From assembly GCA_965208125.1 (NCBI GenBank), contig OZ242320.1:1888001-1952000 (forward strand): 64,000 bases of DNA, read 5' to 3'. The stretch comes from Candidatus Latescibacterota bacterium. GTDB lineage: Bacteria > Latescibacterota > UBA2968. This document shows, in pieces, positions 1-10,144 of the stretch. How positions within the stretch are numbered: the stretch's first letter is position 1; every line of letters begins with the position of its first letter. The notes under the pieces were generated by a model, which was not told the origin of the DNA, ran no database searches, and worked only from the letters and a program-made list of their open reading frames with translations. A program made the translations under genes and the position numbers.

Positions 1-2
1 AC

Positions 3-590
3 TACTTCTTTCACACCTCCGAAGACATGGTAACCGCCACCCTCGCCCAAATCTACACAAGCGGCTGGCGCGCCCTTGACGAACTGCGCTCAAGCGGACA
101 AATCAAAGGCATTGGCGTGGGACTCAACATGCTGGGACTCATCCCCCGATTCCTGGACATGATCGATATCGACTTCTTCATCGTCGCCATGCCCTATACC
201 CTCCTGGACCAGGATCCCCTGGACGAAGAATTTCCAAAATGCGCCGAACACGGCGCCGACATCGTCATCGGATCCGTATTTGCCTCGGGCATCCTCGCCA
301 CAGGACCAGTGGAAGGCGCATTATACGCTTACGACACCGCAACCTCAGAAATCATAGAAAAAACTCGCAAAATAGAAACAATCTGCCAGGCGCACAACGT
401 ACCGCTCCCGGCAGCAGCCATCCAGTTCCCACTCGCACACCCCAGCGTCGCCGCCATCATCCCCGGCGCTCTCAAACCCGAATACATCCATGCAAATATC
501 AAAAACTATCAGCACCCCATACCCTCAGACCTCTGGGCAGAACTAAAATCCGAGGGCTTATTGAGAGAAGACGCGCCGACACCGGGATAA
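3..590 (+). CDS. Aldo/keto reductase, 5'-truncated by the window edge
   Basis: The frame is open from the window start. 'ALDELRSSGQIKGIGVG', 'YTLLDQ' and 'AAIQFPLAHPSVAAIIPG' are AKR C-terminal motifs. Confidence 0.85.
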   Translation, partial: YFFHTSEDMVTATLAQIYTSGWRALDELRSSGQIKGIGVGLNMLGLIPRFLDMIDIDFFIVAMPYTLLDQDPLDEEFPKCAEHGADIVIGSVFASGILATGPVEGALYAYDTATSEIIEKTRKIETICQAHNVPLPAAAIQFPLAHPSVAAIIPGALKPEYIHANIKNYQHPIPSDLWAELKSEGLLREDAPTPG

Positions 591-633
591 ATGAATCGGG
601 ATAATAACTGAATTTTATCGAAAGGACCTTCTA

Positions 634-1605
634 ATGCAAACAGTAAAATGGGGCATCATCGGTTGTGGTGACGTATGCGAAGTCAAAAGTGGTCCGGGAT
701 TTTACAAAGCGGACCACTCGGAACTCGTCATCGTCATGCGCCGGGACGGTGAAAAAGCCGCGGACTTCGCCAAACGCCACGGCATATCCCAATCCACCAA
801 CAACGCCGACGAAGTCATCCATCACCCCGACGTCAACGCCGTGTACATCGCCACACCGCCCTCCTCACACTGCGACTACGCATTGCGAGTTGCCGAAGCG
901 GGCAAACCCTGTTACGTCGAAAAACCCATGGCCATAAACCACCGCGAATGCGTACAAATGGTCGAAACCTTCAAAGCCAAAAACCTCCCCCTCTTCGTCG
1001 CCTATTACCGCCGCGGACTCCCGCGCTTTCTAAAAGTCCGCGAACTCCTCCGCGAAGGCGCGATAGGAACCCTCACATCTGTACACATCGTCCAATACGG
1101 CAAACTCGACACAAACCCCAACAACTGGCGATTCGACCCATCCATCGCCGGCGCGGGCAAATTCCTCGACCTCGCATCACACGGCATCGACATCCTCGAC
1201 TTCCTCGTCAGCCCCATCACCCGCGCCAGCGGCTACGCGCTCAACACCGGCGGAACGTACGAAGCCGAAGACGTAACAACCGCCGCATTTGAATTTGAAA
1301 GCGGCGTCGCAGGAACAGGCATCTGGAACTTCCACGCCGACCACTCCGACAACCGCATCACATTTACGGGATCCGAAGGCGAAATCCAGACCCCCGTCTT
1401 CGCAGACACCGACATCATCCTCAAACGCAATGGCACAGAAGAACACATCTCCGCACCCAATCCCCCACACGTCCAGCAACCCCTGATACAAACCATCGTC
1501 AACGAACTGCGCGGCGAAGGCAAATGCGTATCCACCGGAGAAACCGGTGCCCGTGCATCCTGGGTCATGGACCAGTGCTTGATCACCTATTACGGCGAGC
1601 GATAG
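634..1605 (+). CDS. Gfo/Idh/MocA family oxidoreductase
   Basis: N-terminal 'WGIIGCG' Rossmann motif, 'YIATPP..H', 'VEKPMA', 'DLASHGID'. Confidence 0.9.
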   Translation: MQTVKWGIIGCGDVCEVKSGPGFYKADHSELVIVMRRDGEKAADFAKRHGISQSTNNADEVIHHPDVNAVYIATPPSSHCDYALRVAEAGKPCYVEKPMAINHRECVQMVETFKAKNLPLFVAYYRRGLPRFLKVRELLREGAIGTLTSVHIVQYGKLDTNPNNWRFDPSIAGAGKFLDLASHGIDILDFLVSPITRASGYALNTGGTYEAEDVTTAAFEFESGVAGTGIWNFHADHSDNRITFTGSEGEIQTPVFADTDIILKRNGTEEHISAPNPPHVQQPLIQTIVNELRGEGKCVSTGETGARASWVMDQCLITYYGER

Positions 1606-1692
1606 CGAATAGCGGTGTACAACTGGCCGCATCTCAGGCCAGTTCATCAACGAAATCCGCCCAACCACCCAACTGCTACCAGGGAGAACATT

Positions 1693-2640
1693 ATGAAATC
1701 CGTCCGACTCCTCAGCGTCTCATTTCCCAGAGGTGGGTACAAAAACGTAGAACAAAATGTAGAACACATGGTGCGCCACCTCGAAGAAACAGCCCCTTAT
1801 TGCCCCGACTTTGTGTGCTTCACCGAAGTCGCCCGAGAACTCGGCTGTCCGCAAGACAGCGATGCCTGGATGGGCGAACCCATACCCGGTCCCACAACCG
1901 AAGCCATTGGCAAAGCAGCCGCAGAAATTGGCACCCATGTCATCGTCGGCATGCAAGAGTTGTGGGAAGACCAGACCTTCAACGCCGCCGTCCTCATCGG
2001 CCGAGATGGAAACGTCATGGGCCGCTACCACAAAGTGCAACCCACCGTCAACGAAATGGAACGCGGCACCCTGCCCGGCACACAGGCCAACTCTTATGCC
2101 ACAGACTGTGGTCGCGTGGGCATGTGCATCTGCTTTGACCTCAAATTTCCCGAAGTTGCCATGATGCTCGCCCGCTCGGGTGCGCGCATGGTCTTCTTCC
2201 CCAGCATGTTCAACGGCGGCATGCGACACGCCGCATGGGCACGCGATTACGGCGTCTTTCTCATCGTCAGCCAATCCCAGGAAAGCTCCATCACCGACAT
2301 GTGCGGCCACCGCCTCGCGTGGCAGGGATATAGTGAACCCCTCGTAGAACAAGGCAAACTCCCGCCCTTTGCATTTGCCGAAATCAACGCAGACACCAGA
2401 GCGTACCACCTCGACTTCAACCAGAACAAACTCGGCGACATCCACAGCACCTATGGCGCAGGCGTCCGCATCCACATCATGCGCCCCGAAGCCACATTCG
2501 TACTCGAATCCCTCATGGAAGACATCTCCGTAGAAGACATCGAAGCGGAATTTGAACTCGAAGACCTGTGGACTTATTACGACCGCTCGCGCGCCATGCG
2601 CGGCGAATGTCTCACAGAACCCGTCGCAATCACAAACTAA
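1693..2640 (+). CDS. Carbon-nitrogen hydrolase (nitrilase superfamily)
   Basis: E-K-C triad motifs 'FTE', 'YHK', 'ICFD'. The ATG at 1693 follows a GGGAGA RBS. Confidence 0.85.
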   Translation: MKSVRLLSVSFPRGGYKNVEQNVEHMVRHLEETAPYCPDFVCFTEVARELGCPQDSDAWMGEPIPGPTTEAIGKAAAEIGTHVIVGMQELWEDQTFNAAVLIGRDGNVMGRYHKVQPTVNEMERGTLPGTQANSYATDCGRVGMCICFDLKFPEVAMMLARSGARMVFFPSMFNGGMRHAAWARDYGVFLIVSQSQESSITDMCGHRLAWQGYSEPLVEQGKLPPFAFAEINADTRAYHLDFNQNKLGDIHSTYGAGVRIHIMRPEATFVLESLMEDISVEDIEAEFELEDLWTYYDRSRAMRGECLTEPVAITN

Positions 2641-2651
2641 AAGGAGGCTAC

Positions 2652-3230
2652 ATGCAACTCTTTGACGGCAAAACCCTCAACGGCTGGGCAGCCACCGGCA
2701 ATCCCGACGGCTGGATTGTAGATCACGGCTGCCTCTTCTGCACCGCAGAACAAGGGAAATACCTGTATTACACAGAAGACCAGTTCAAAAACTTTGAACT
2801 CTCGCTCGAATTCAAACATCCTCCCAGAACCAACAGCGGCGTCTTCTTCCGCTGGACCGATCTGGACAACCCCGTGCAAACCGGCATTGAAATCCAAATC
2901 CTGGACACGTATGGCCACGAACCCGCAACCACCAAATGCTGCGGCGCAGTCTATGATTTACAAGCCCCTACGCACAACACCTGCAAACCCGCGGGCGAAT
3001 GGAATCACATGATCCTCTACGCCATGGACAACATCATCCGCGTCACCTTAAACGGCGAGCAAATCACCGACATGGACCTCAACCGCTGGACCACGCCGAA
3101 CCAGAACCCGGACGGCACCCGCAACAAATTCAACCGTCCATACTGCGAAATGACCGAAGCCGGGTACATCGGCCTTCAAGACCACGGCAACCAGATCTGG
3201 TTCCGCAACATAGACATTGAAAAACTCTAA
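2652..3230 (+). CDS. DUF1080 / 3-keto-disaccharide hydrolase family protein
   Basis: 'LFDGKTLNGW', 'NSGVFFR', 'EIQILD', 'GEWN', 'GYIGLQDHG..IWFRNI'. AAGGAGG RBS before the ATG at 2652. Confidence 0.9.
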   Translation: MQLFDGKTLNGWAATGNPDGWIVDHGCLFCTAEQGKYLYYTEDQFKNFELSLEFKHPPRTNSGVFFRWTDLDNPVQTGIEIQILDTYGHEPATTKCCGAVYDLQAPTHNTCKPAGEWNHMILYAMDNIIRVTLNGEQITDMDLNRWTTPNQNPDGTRNKFNRPYCEMTEAGYIGLQDHGNQIWFRNIDIEKL

Positions 3231-3249
3231 CACGCGATGCAATAACAAA

Positions 3250-3277
3250 TAGGCGCGACCGGCCTGGTCGCGCCTAC
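3250..3277. repeat. GTAG-type REP-like palindrome
   Basis: TAGGCGCGACC-GGCCT-GGTCGCGCCTAC forms an 11-bp stem. The reverse complement begins with GTAG. Confidence 0.6.
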
Positions 3278-3297
3278 CTTCATCGCAAATATCCAAT

Positions 3298-4808
3298 ATG
3301 AAGCCCTACGCGCACATCGCTATTCTCGTATGCCTCTTGCCGTGTACCTGCACGGCCTACGAACTTATCGGCACAGCAACATTATCTGAAACACTCGTCG
3401 CACAGCACTACACCATCAACCCCAGGCTCGACGCCGTCATCGTCGTCGATCGCATTATCCCGTCCTTTGAATACCAGACCTTCTATTGCGCGGGTTTTGC
3501 AGATGAAGCCGAAGGCGAACAAGGACGGCTCCACTTTTTAGAGCATATTATGATAGACAGAGGAAGCTATAAACCGGGCGAACTCAAACAAATTATCGCC
3601 GACAATGGCGGGCAAAGTCACGCCGCGACGTATTATCATTTTACGCGTTTTACACTCAGATTTCCAAAAGACAAATTTGATCTCGCCGTCGAGATAGACC
3701 GCAACATATATTACGATACAATAATCGATGAAGAAGTCGTCGAAAAAGAAAAAAAGATCGTACTGACAGAAAGAAGCCAAAGACTGGCACGAGCAACACG
3801 CCGATCTTCGAATTATTTTTACAGTTTAATCTATGGAAAGAAAAATTTTAATGGCCTTGGCACGGAGACATTTATTAAACAACTCGAACCCGTTGGCTTG
3901 AAAGATTACTACGAAAATTTCCTGCGCGAGCAAAAAAGACTCATCGTTATCATCGGCGATGTGGATATCGACCATGTCCTCACCAAACTCGACGAGGCTT
4001 ATGGCAATGATATAGCGCCGGTCAAATTGTACGCACCCCCACCCCCGATCATGACGTACTTGGAAAAAGATTAAAACGCTCATCGAACAATCTCAACTTT
4101 ACCATATTCAGGAAGGGCTGGTACACCCCCAATTTAGGCCATCGCGACCATGCGGGTCTGCTCATTGTAGAACGTCTATTGGAAAAGCCCTCAAATTCCC
4201 TGCGCGCATCTCTCGTCGATTCTCGGCTCGCAAAATCTTTCAGCGTCTCAGTAGGCAGCTATAAGGGATTCGGCTTGATGACTTGCTATGCAGAACTGCC
4301 CCATAATACATCCCGAAATACGATCCAGGACATGATCTATGTGGCATTGGCGAATCTGAAAACCATTTCTGATGCAGAACTCAATGCCGCCCGAAACCAG
4401 AAGTTGTCCAGCCTATATTCCGCATTTTACAACCGATCGCGCATGGCGACAGCATTTGGCAGCGCATTTGCCCACGCCGATGATCCCCTCCTCTATCCCA
4501 AATTGATACAAGACCTTAAATCCATCCGCGCAGAAGATATTCCACGCATCATCGACGAATATCTGAAAGATGACAATTCAATCACCCACTCCCTCACAGA
4601 AATAGAAAAAAAAGAACCGCCCCCGCGAAAGCCCCGAACCTTTGGATACTATTCAGGTATAGTATTGGCATTGGTCGGTTTTCTAACGCTGTTGGGCGGT
4701 GTTGTCGCGCTATTTGTATGGGGAATAAAAAAATGGCGGAGCAAGACCGAGACGATCATTTCTCCAAAGGTGATACTCAATGATGCGATTTTTAATCCCG
4801 ATATTTAG
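3298..4808 (+). pseudogene. M16 zinc peptidase subunit split by a frameshift (ORFs 3298-4074 and 4179-4808)
   Basis: The HxxEH motif 'HFLEH' is in the first ORF. The frame of the second ORF stays open back to the C-tract near 4033-4046 and reads PDHDVLGKRLKR...GWYTPNLGHRDHAGLLIVERLL, typical of the M16 C-domain. It ends with a C-terminal TM helix. Confidence 0.7.
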
Positions 4809-6123
4809 TTTTGTCCTATTTGGCAGCCTATCTGCGTTTGCCGAAATTCCCAACCACCACATCTTTTATCGCATCGACAAACGCGCCCCCCTCACCAGAA
4901 TCGAGATTGTCTTTCTCGGTGCGGGAAGCGGTGTGGACGGCCCTTCGCAGATTGGCCGTGCACAAACAGTCTCAAAATTGATTCGGGAGACAGCCAAAAA
5001 ACAGGGGTATTCGGATCAACTCGAAGCATTGGGCATCAGTCTGAGTGTCGCGACCTACACCGAATACCAGACCATCTCCATTTACGGCTTATCCGAGAAT
5101 ATCGGCAAAACAATAGAAATAGTCCGCGATCTGATATATAACCTCGCGTTTACAGAGTATGATCTGAAATATGTAAAATCACAACTAAGTGCCGATTACA
5201 AAGATGGGGTCAAAAGCGGAACCTATCTCTATACACTAATGAGAAACCTGGCACTGTCACAGACCTTTGACATCCTGAAAATACGCTCATTAAAAACGCT
5301 GAATGATCTCTCGTTGGACGACGTCAGACAATACGCGGATCGGCTCCAGAAAACAGACGTGGTATTCTTTAAAGTCATCTCAGACCGCGATTCCTCTGAA
5401 ATTGCGGACTTACTTCGTCCCCTCACAGAAGAAAGGAAGATGCACTGGCAGGCGGGCGGCTTTGTACATTCATTGAATTTCCCATCAACAAATGTCAAAG
5501 TTGGTCCTGCTGCTTTTATTTATGAGGGTTATTCACACTTAAAAAATGTATTCTGCTATTGGGTAATCCCCTGCGGTCACATAGGTGAAGAAAATTATAT
5601 TCCAAACCTGTTATCGGACACGCTTGGTCAATCGCCTGAGTCCAGGTTGCTCTATGAATATTTCAGAGAAGAATTGAAATTAATCTATACGACTTATGTC
5701 AGGTATCTATCCGAACAAAATGTCCGATATCTCGAAATTTACGCCGATCCCCAACTCCATAATAGCGAAGAATTGATCACAAAAATGTCCGACTTTATCC
5801 AAAACCTGCCCGACAACCCTCGCTTTTGGGAAACACTCAAAGAACAGCGCGAAACGATCAATGAGTCTTTTGTCCACGACGAAACACCGCAGCAAAGCCT
5901 CAACCAGGAAGCAAGCAGAGCCATTCACAATACACAAATCCGCAAAGGCGGATTTGATGCCGTCACCGATGATGAAGTGCGCGCCTTTCTCGAAAAATAC
6001 TTTGTGCCGGAGAATATGCTCATGATCTTCCTCGGCCCCAGGGATCACATTACCGAAATTCTAAATACCCATTGGCCCAAAATCGATATTCGCGTTCACA
6101 ATGTGAAAGAATTGATTGAATGA
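4780..6123 (+). CDS. M16 peptidase-like partner subunit, probably non-catalytic, with signal peptide
   Basis: Hydrophobic N-terminus. M16-like segments ('SRLLYEYFREELKLIY', 'AVTDDEVRAFLEKYF'). No HxxEH motif. Confidence 0.65.
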   Translation: MMRFLIPIFSFVLFGSLSAFAEIPNHHIFYRIDKRAPLTRIEIVFLGAGSGVDGPSQIGRAQTVSKLIRETAKKQGYSDQLEALGISLSVATYTEYQTISIYGLSENIGKTIEIVRDLIYNLAFTEYDLKYVKSQLSADYKDGVKSGTYLYTLMRNLALSQTFDILKIRSLKTLNDLSLDDVRQYADRLQKTDVVFFKVISDRDSSEIADLLRPLTEERKMHWQAGGFVHSLNFPSTNVKVGPAAFIYEGYSHLKNVFCYWVIPCGHIGEENYIPNLLSDTLGQSPESRLLYEYFREELKLIYTTYVRYLSEQNVRYLEIYADPQLHNSEELITKMSDFIQNLPDNPRFWETLKEQRETINESFVHDETPQQSLNQEASRAIHNTQIRKGGFDAVTDDEVRAFLEKYFVPENMLMIFLGPRDHITEILNTHWPKIDIRVHNVKELIE

Positions 6124-6237
6124 AAGTAACCCACGCAATTCTCTTGCAGCATTCAGCATTCTGCTCTACATTAAAAACGCCGGGGATCGTCAAACACTTC
6201 TGTTTTGTGTATTTTTAACGCACAGGCACGATAACTT

Positions 6238-7068
6238 ATGATCTACTGGCGTTTTTTATTTTGCATTCTGATCGCATTTTACGGCTGTGGAATCGACAGT
6301 GTAAATGACCCTTACGAGCAAGGGCTGACTTATGATCTCGACAAAACAGTACTCATTCCCGCCGGCGCATTCGTCATGGGATCCAATTCATGGTCTGACT
6401 CCGAGCAACCATCCCACACTGTTTTTTTAAACGCGTATCGCATTGATACATACGAAGTGACCAATGAACAGTACGCGTTCTATCTGCGCCTCACGGAAAA
6501 ACTGGAAGATGCAGAAGGCAACGCGTTGGTTGACCTCGATGATCGCGACATACAAATCGGATTTACTCTAAATGGGCTTGTCGTGCTCGACTCGACCAAA
6601 TCCGATCATCCGATGACGGAAGTTTCCTGGTACGGCGCAAAAGCATATTGTGAACTCATCGGCGGGCGCTTGCCCACTGAGGCGGAATGGGAAAAAGCAG
6701 CACGCGGTGAAAGTGGGCAGCATTTTCCCTGGTCCAATGACCCCCTTGACACATCTCTATTAGTGGATTGGAGTACTGAAGGACCAACAGCTGCTGTGGG
6801 TGCGCATGAGGTCGATGTGAGTCCTTATGGTGTACGCGATATGGGTGGCAATGTGGCAGAGTGGGTCTGGGATTGGTACGATCCAAATTATTATGCCGCC
6901 AGTCCTGAGAGAAATCCTTCAGGCCCTGAAACGGGTACTCACCGGGTAGTGCGAGGCGGGGCTACGTCGCCGCTTCCTCAGGACATGCGTTCAACAATAA
7001 GACGCCGCTTTTTCCCACGCACGACCAGTGGATCCATCGGTTTTCGTTGTGTTTACGATGTGGAGTAA
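6238..7068 (+). CDS. FGE-sulfatase (SUMF1) domain lipoprotein
   Basis: Lipobox-like 'FYGC'. 'F.MGS', 'YEVTN.QY', 'RLPTEAEWEKAARG', 'DMGGNVAEWV.DWY', 'GFRC'. Confidence 0.9.
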   Translation: MIYWRFLFCILIAFYGCGIDSVNDPYEQGLTYDLDKTVLIPAGAFVMGSNSWSDSEQPSHTVFLNAYRIDTYEVTNEQYAFYLRLTEKLEDAEGNALVDLDDRDIQIGFTLNGLVVLDSTKSDHPMTEVSWYGAKAYCELIGGRLPTEAEWEKAARGESGQHFPWSNDPLDTSLLVDWSTEGPTAAVGAHEVDVSPYGVRDMGGNVAEWVWDWYDPNYYAASPERNPSGPETGTHRVVRGGATSPLPQDMRSTIRRRFFPRTTSGSIGFRCVYDVE

Positions 7069-8150
7069 CCGACCTCCAAAAACGCATTCAAATCCTCCAA
7101 CCCCATCCCCTCAATCCCCAACTCGCGCACGCTGCGCCCTGAAGTCCATCCATCAAACCCCATCACCACAGACGCAATATCCACCAGCCCGCGCATCAAA
7201 GGCGCCTCCACCCCGTATTGCGCGCCCACATCGTGCCAGGCTGAAAGACCGTAGGGAATATCCTCCGTGAGCCATCGGCTCTCCAGCGACCCCGGCGCCT
7301 TGAGTTGCGTCAGCATCCGGCTGCCATTAATCGCCGCCCACAAATCGCCCTTCGGACCAAAACCCGCGCGATAAAACGCCTCATCAGCCGCCACCAGATC
7401 ATACCCCAAAGCCTTAGCAATCGCTCTGCGCTCTGCATCCACAGCCATAATCGTCTTCGCCACAGATGGGGAAACCCCCTCCTCGTAAAAATAGAACTCC
7501 CCGTGAGAATACTCAATCCGCCCCGCATTCATCAACACACCCGCGGGATGCACAACCGGATTCATCGCGGACAAACCGCACGCCATCGCCGTTGGATACG
7601 ACTGAATCCCCGGAAAAAAAGGCGATAAACGCTCGCGCACCCGCTCTGTATCACTCGCCGGCAAAACTCCCAACCCCAACCCCGTCACAGTACCCCAAAT
7701 CGTCGCTGTATCCGGCGCAGTCTTCCGACACACATAAGGCGCGGTATCCACCTCGGCAAGCGCGACACCTGCCACACCTCGTTCTCTCAGCAGCGTCGCC
7801 CACTCCAGCGTACCCAGCGTACCCGGCATCAGCACAACCGTATGCTCGGGTCCCAGATAGGGCGCACACGCCAGCGCAAAAGGCTTATGTGCATACGCCG
7901 GCACAATCACCAGAATCAGATCCGAAGCATTCAAAGCCGCCTCAATATCCGTGGTCAAAGTGTGAACCCTCGCCGCCCCCGTCTCCTCCACACCTACCAG
8001 ATGAATCACCCCACTATCGCGCACGGGATCGAGCATCTCCCCAAACTCCGGCAATTCGCAAAGCGTAACCCCAAACCCCTTCAAAGTCAGATTCGCAGCC
8101 GCAGCAAACGCCGTATTACCCCCACCCAAAATTGTAATATGTTCAGACAT
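7053..8150 (-). CDS. NAD/NADP octopine/nopaline (opine) dehydrogenase family
   Basis: 'ILGGGN', 'NPVVHP', 'FYFYEEG', 'D.ERRAIA..LG', 'RWLTEDIPYGL'. Confidence 0.85.
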   Translation of the reverse strand: MSEHITILGGGNTAFAAAANLTLKGFGVTLCELPEFGEMLDPVRDSGVIHLVGVEETGAARVHTLTTDIEAALNASDLILVIVPAYAHKPFALACAPYLGPEHTVVLMPGTLGTLEWATLLRERGVAGVALAEVDTAPYVCRKTAPDTATIWGTVTGLGLGVLPASDTERVRERLSPFFPGIQSYPTAMACGLSAMNPVVHPAGVLMNAGRIEYSHGEFYFYEEGVSPSVAKTIMAVDAERRAIAKALGYDLVAADEAFYRAGFGPKGDLWAAINGSRMLTQLKAPGSLESRWLTEDIPYGLSAWHDVGAQYGVEAPLMRGLVDIASVVMGFDGWTSGRSVRELGIEGMGLEDLNAFLEVGYSTS

Positions 8151-8180
8151 GATAGAATCCTGTTAATATCGAATTGGATT

Positions 8181-8211
8181 GTCATTGCGGCATGGTTTTA
8201 GCCGCAATCCA
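8181..8211. repeat. 31-bp palindromic repeat, left copy of an inverted pair around the defence island
   Basis: GTCATTGCGGCATGGTTTTAGCCGCAATCCA has an internal stem ATTGCGGC/GCCGCAAT. It matches the reverse complement of 20269-20299 at 29/31 positions. Confidence 0.85.
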
Positions 8212-8274
8212 GCGGAATTAAAGAAAGAACGCAACCTTACACACTACTGGCGTTGTGCTATTTAAAGTCTCACA

Positions 8275-10143
8275 TTACTTAGCGTACTGTAAACTCTGAA
8301 GATAGTCGTTGAAGAAACCGAGTTCCGGTTTTTGTGGAGAACCCACAACCAGCACGCGATCCAGTAATCGGTTGCCTTCCTCACATGAGGTTTCAGGCAA
8401 GAGAGCACAGGCATGACAGGCAGCCAAATTGCACGAATCAGGACCCTGACCACTACTCTCTACACAGGTTGGATCGGACGAACACCAGAGCGCGGTCCGA
8501 AGAGCGCGGATTAAAACTCGTTCAAGCCTTCCTTGTTCACCTTGTCTTACAAGACCGCCCAATGTCCCTTCAGAGTCTCCAGATGCTGTGTAAATCAGTA
8601 CACCGCTCATCGGATAGGAACGATCTTCTTCATCACAGTAGATACGTTCACGAAGCGATGCACTACCATAGCCACACTCAAAACAAAGCTGATTGATCAA
8701 CAGATGCGCCATCGTGTGAATCAGGACGAATTTAGGGGAGAACGGCCTTTTGCTCTGGCCACGACCTTCTCGAACCCGGTTGTATTCATTCCGCAGTCTG
8801 TCGAATCGCTCAATAACATCAGGCTTCTGCTCCCAAGTCGCTAATCTTTTCTCATCCGGCTTGAGAAATATACCTTCGCCTCGAACTTTGATAGCGGGGA
8901 GCCAGTTTATTGTATTATCAAGGCGTAGATCTTCAATATATTCTTCGAATTTTCTCTTTTCATTAGGCAAATATCGTGAGAATCCGTAAAAGGCCCGCGT
9001 TTCCCGTAATTTGCGTACCAGCATGATATTCTCAAAATAGTCTTGAACAGGAGGACCATATTCAGCCCGATCTCTTGGGACAATGTAGAGCTCTGTTTGG
9101 TCAGCACCCCGAGCTGTTGTCATTGCCTCATATTCAGCTTGCCGATATTTTTCTTCTGTTTGCCCATCAGCCTTGGTAACCTGTTCCAAATCATCAAGGC
9201 GCCGTTGTGCCGCTTCACATAATTCCTCAGGATCAATGCCTTTGCATTTGGGATTGAACTCACAAATTCCTTTGCAGCGTTCCAGATCAATGCGACCATT
9301 AACCAGAGCACGTGAAAGGTTCTGCCATATATCGGTATCTTCCACAAGTTCAACAACCCCCCGGGATGTACTTTCTGCCCACAGTGGTAGATAAATCGAA
9401 CTTGCTACATGGGCGAAGTAAACGTTCGAAGCACCACGCTGTAATACTCGGAGACTGTTGCCGCACTTTGTTGACTTTGGCGTCATGTCACCAAGCCAGG
9501 GACGTAATCCTCCACAGGACACATTCACATTATCCAATGCCTCTTCACTAAAAGCACCGGCCATTGATCTATATTTACCACAGGAGCACTGGATAGTGAT
9601 TCCGGAGAGTCCTGCTGCACTTCTTCCTGCACGTAAGCGCAACTTGCAATCAGGCGCACAGTTATCGTTGCGATGGACCCACTCCATAAAAGGAAAATCC
9701 TGTATATGACCCTGATCACAAACCGCCATAAAACGAACAGGTACCAATCCTGGTCGTCTCCACTGATTGAGGGAAACGCAGTTAAGACCTTCAGCGTAGT
9801 TCGGAGCATTGCACTTCTGCGGACCACTAAAGGGAGAGAGTTCCTGCATGTTGCCGCATCGAGGACAATAATACCATTGAGGAAACCGGACAAAAGGAAT
9901 TTTCAGGTTCGGATGTTGCACTCCCGGTGCAGGTATTCGATAATCAGGTGGCAACCGAAAATGGTTGACTCGCAATCGTGCCTGAAGACGTTCCTCTTCA
10001 AATTTGAAATCTATCGGGCATTCTTCTTTTGCGAATGGCCAAGCATCAAGACCACAAACCATCAAAGATTCGTCACCGGGAAAGTCAATCATGCTACCAA
10101 TCCCCCAGGGGGAAATGAGTTGGGAGCGTCGTATCGGTTTCAT
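8275..10143 (-). CDS. drmB: DISARM DrmB-like DUF1998 protein
   Basis: N-terminal 'IRRSQLISPWGIGS', 'GHIQDFP', 'RGASNVYF', 'HT.AHLLI', 'CGYGSASLRERIY', 'GTLGGLV'. C-terminal DUF1998 Cys cluster 'CSSDPTC...AACHACALLPETSCE..N..LDR'. Confidence 0.9.
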   Translation of the reverse strand: MKPIRRSQLISPWGIGSMIDFPGDESLMVCGLDAWPFAKEECPIDFKFEEERLQARLRVNHFRLPPDYRIPAPGVQHPNLKIPFVRFPQWYYCPRCGNMQELSPFSGPQKCNAPNYAEGLNCVSLNQWRRPGLVPVRFMAVCDQGHIQDFPFMEWVHRNDNCAPDCKLRLRAGRSAAGLSGITIQCSCGKYRSMAGAFSEEALDNVNVSCGGLRPWLGDMTPKSTKCGNSLRVLQRGASNVYFAHVASSIYLPLWAESTSRGVVELVEDTDIWQNLSRALVNGRIDLERCKGICEFNPKCKGIDPEELCEAAQRRLDDLEQVTKADGQTEEKYRQAEYEAMTTARGADQTELYIVPRDRAEYGPPVQDYFENIMLVRKLRETRAFYGFSRYLPNEKRKFEEYIEDLRLDNTINWLPAIKVRGEGIFLKPDEKRLATWEQKPDVIERFDRLRNEYNRVREGRGQSKRPFSPKFVLIHTMAHLLINQLCFECGYGSASLRERIYCDEEDRSYPMSGVLIYTASGDSEGTLGGLVRQGEQGRLERVLIRALRTALWCSSDPTCVESSGQGPDSCNLAACHACALLPETSCEEGNRLLDRVLVVGSPQKPELGFFNDYLQSLQYAK

Positions 10144-10144
10144 A

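Noticed and set aside
6238-7068. True formylglycine-generating enzyme for the sulfatase, or a DGR target
   Set aside because: The catalytic Cys pair after 'RGG' is absent. No template repeat or reverse transcriptase is in the window.
8212-8274. A drmC gene or remnant downstream of drmB
   Set aside because: Only 63 bp separate the drmB stop from the boundary repeat, and no PLD HxK motif is present.
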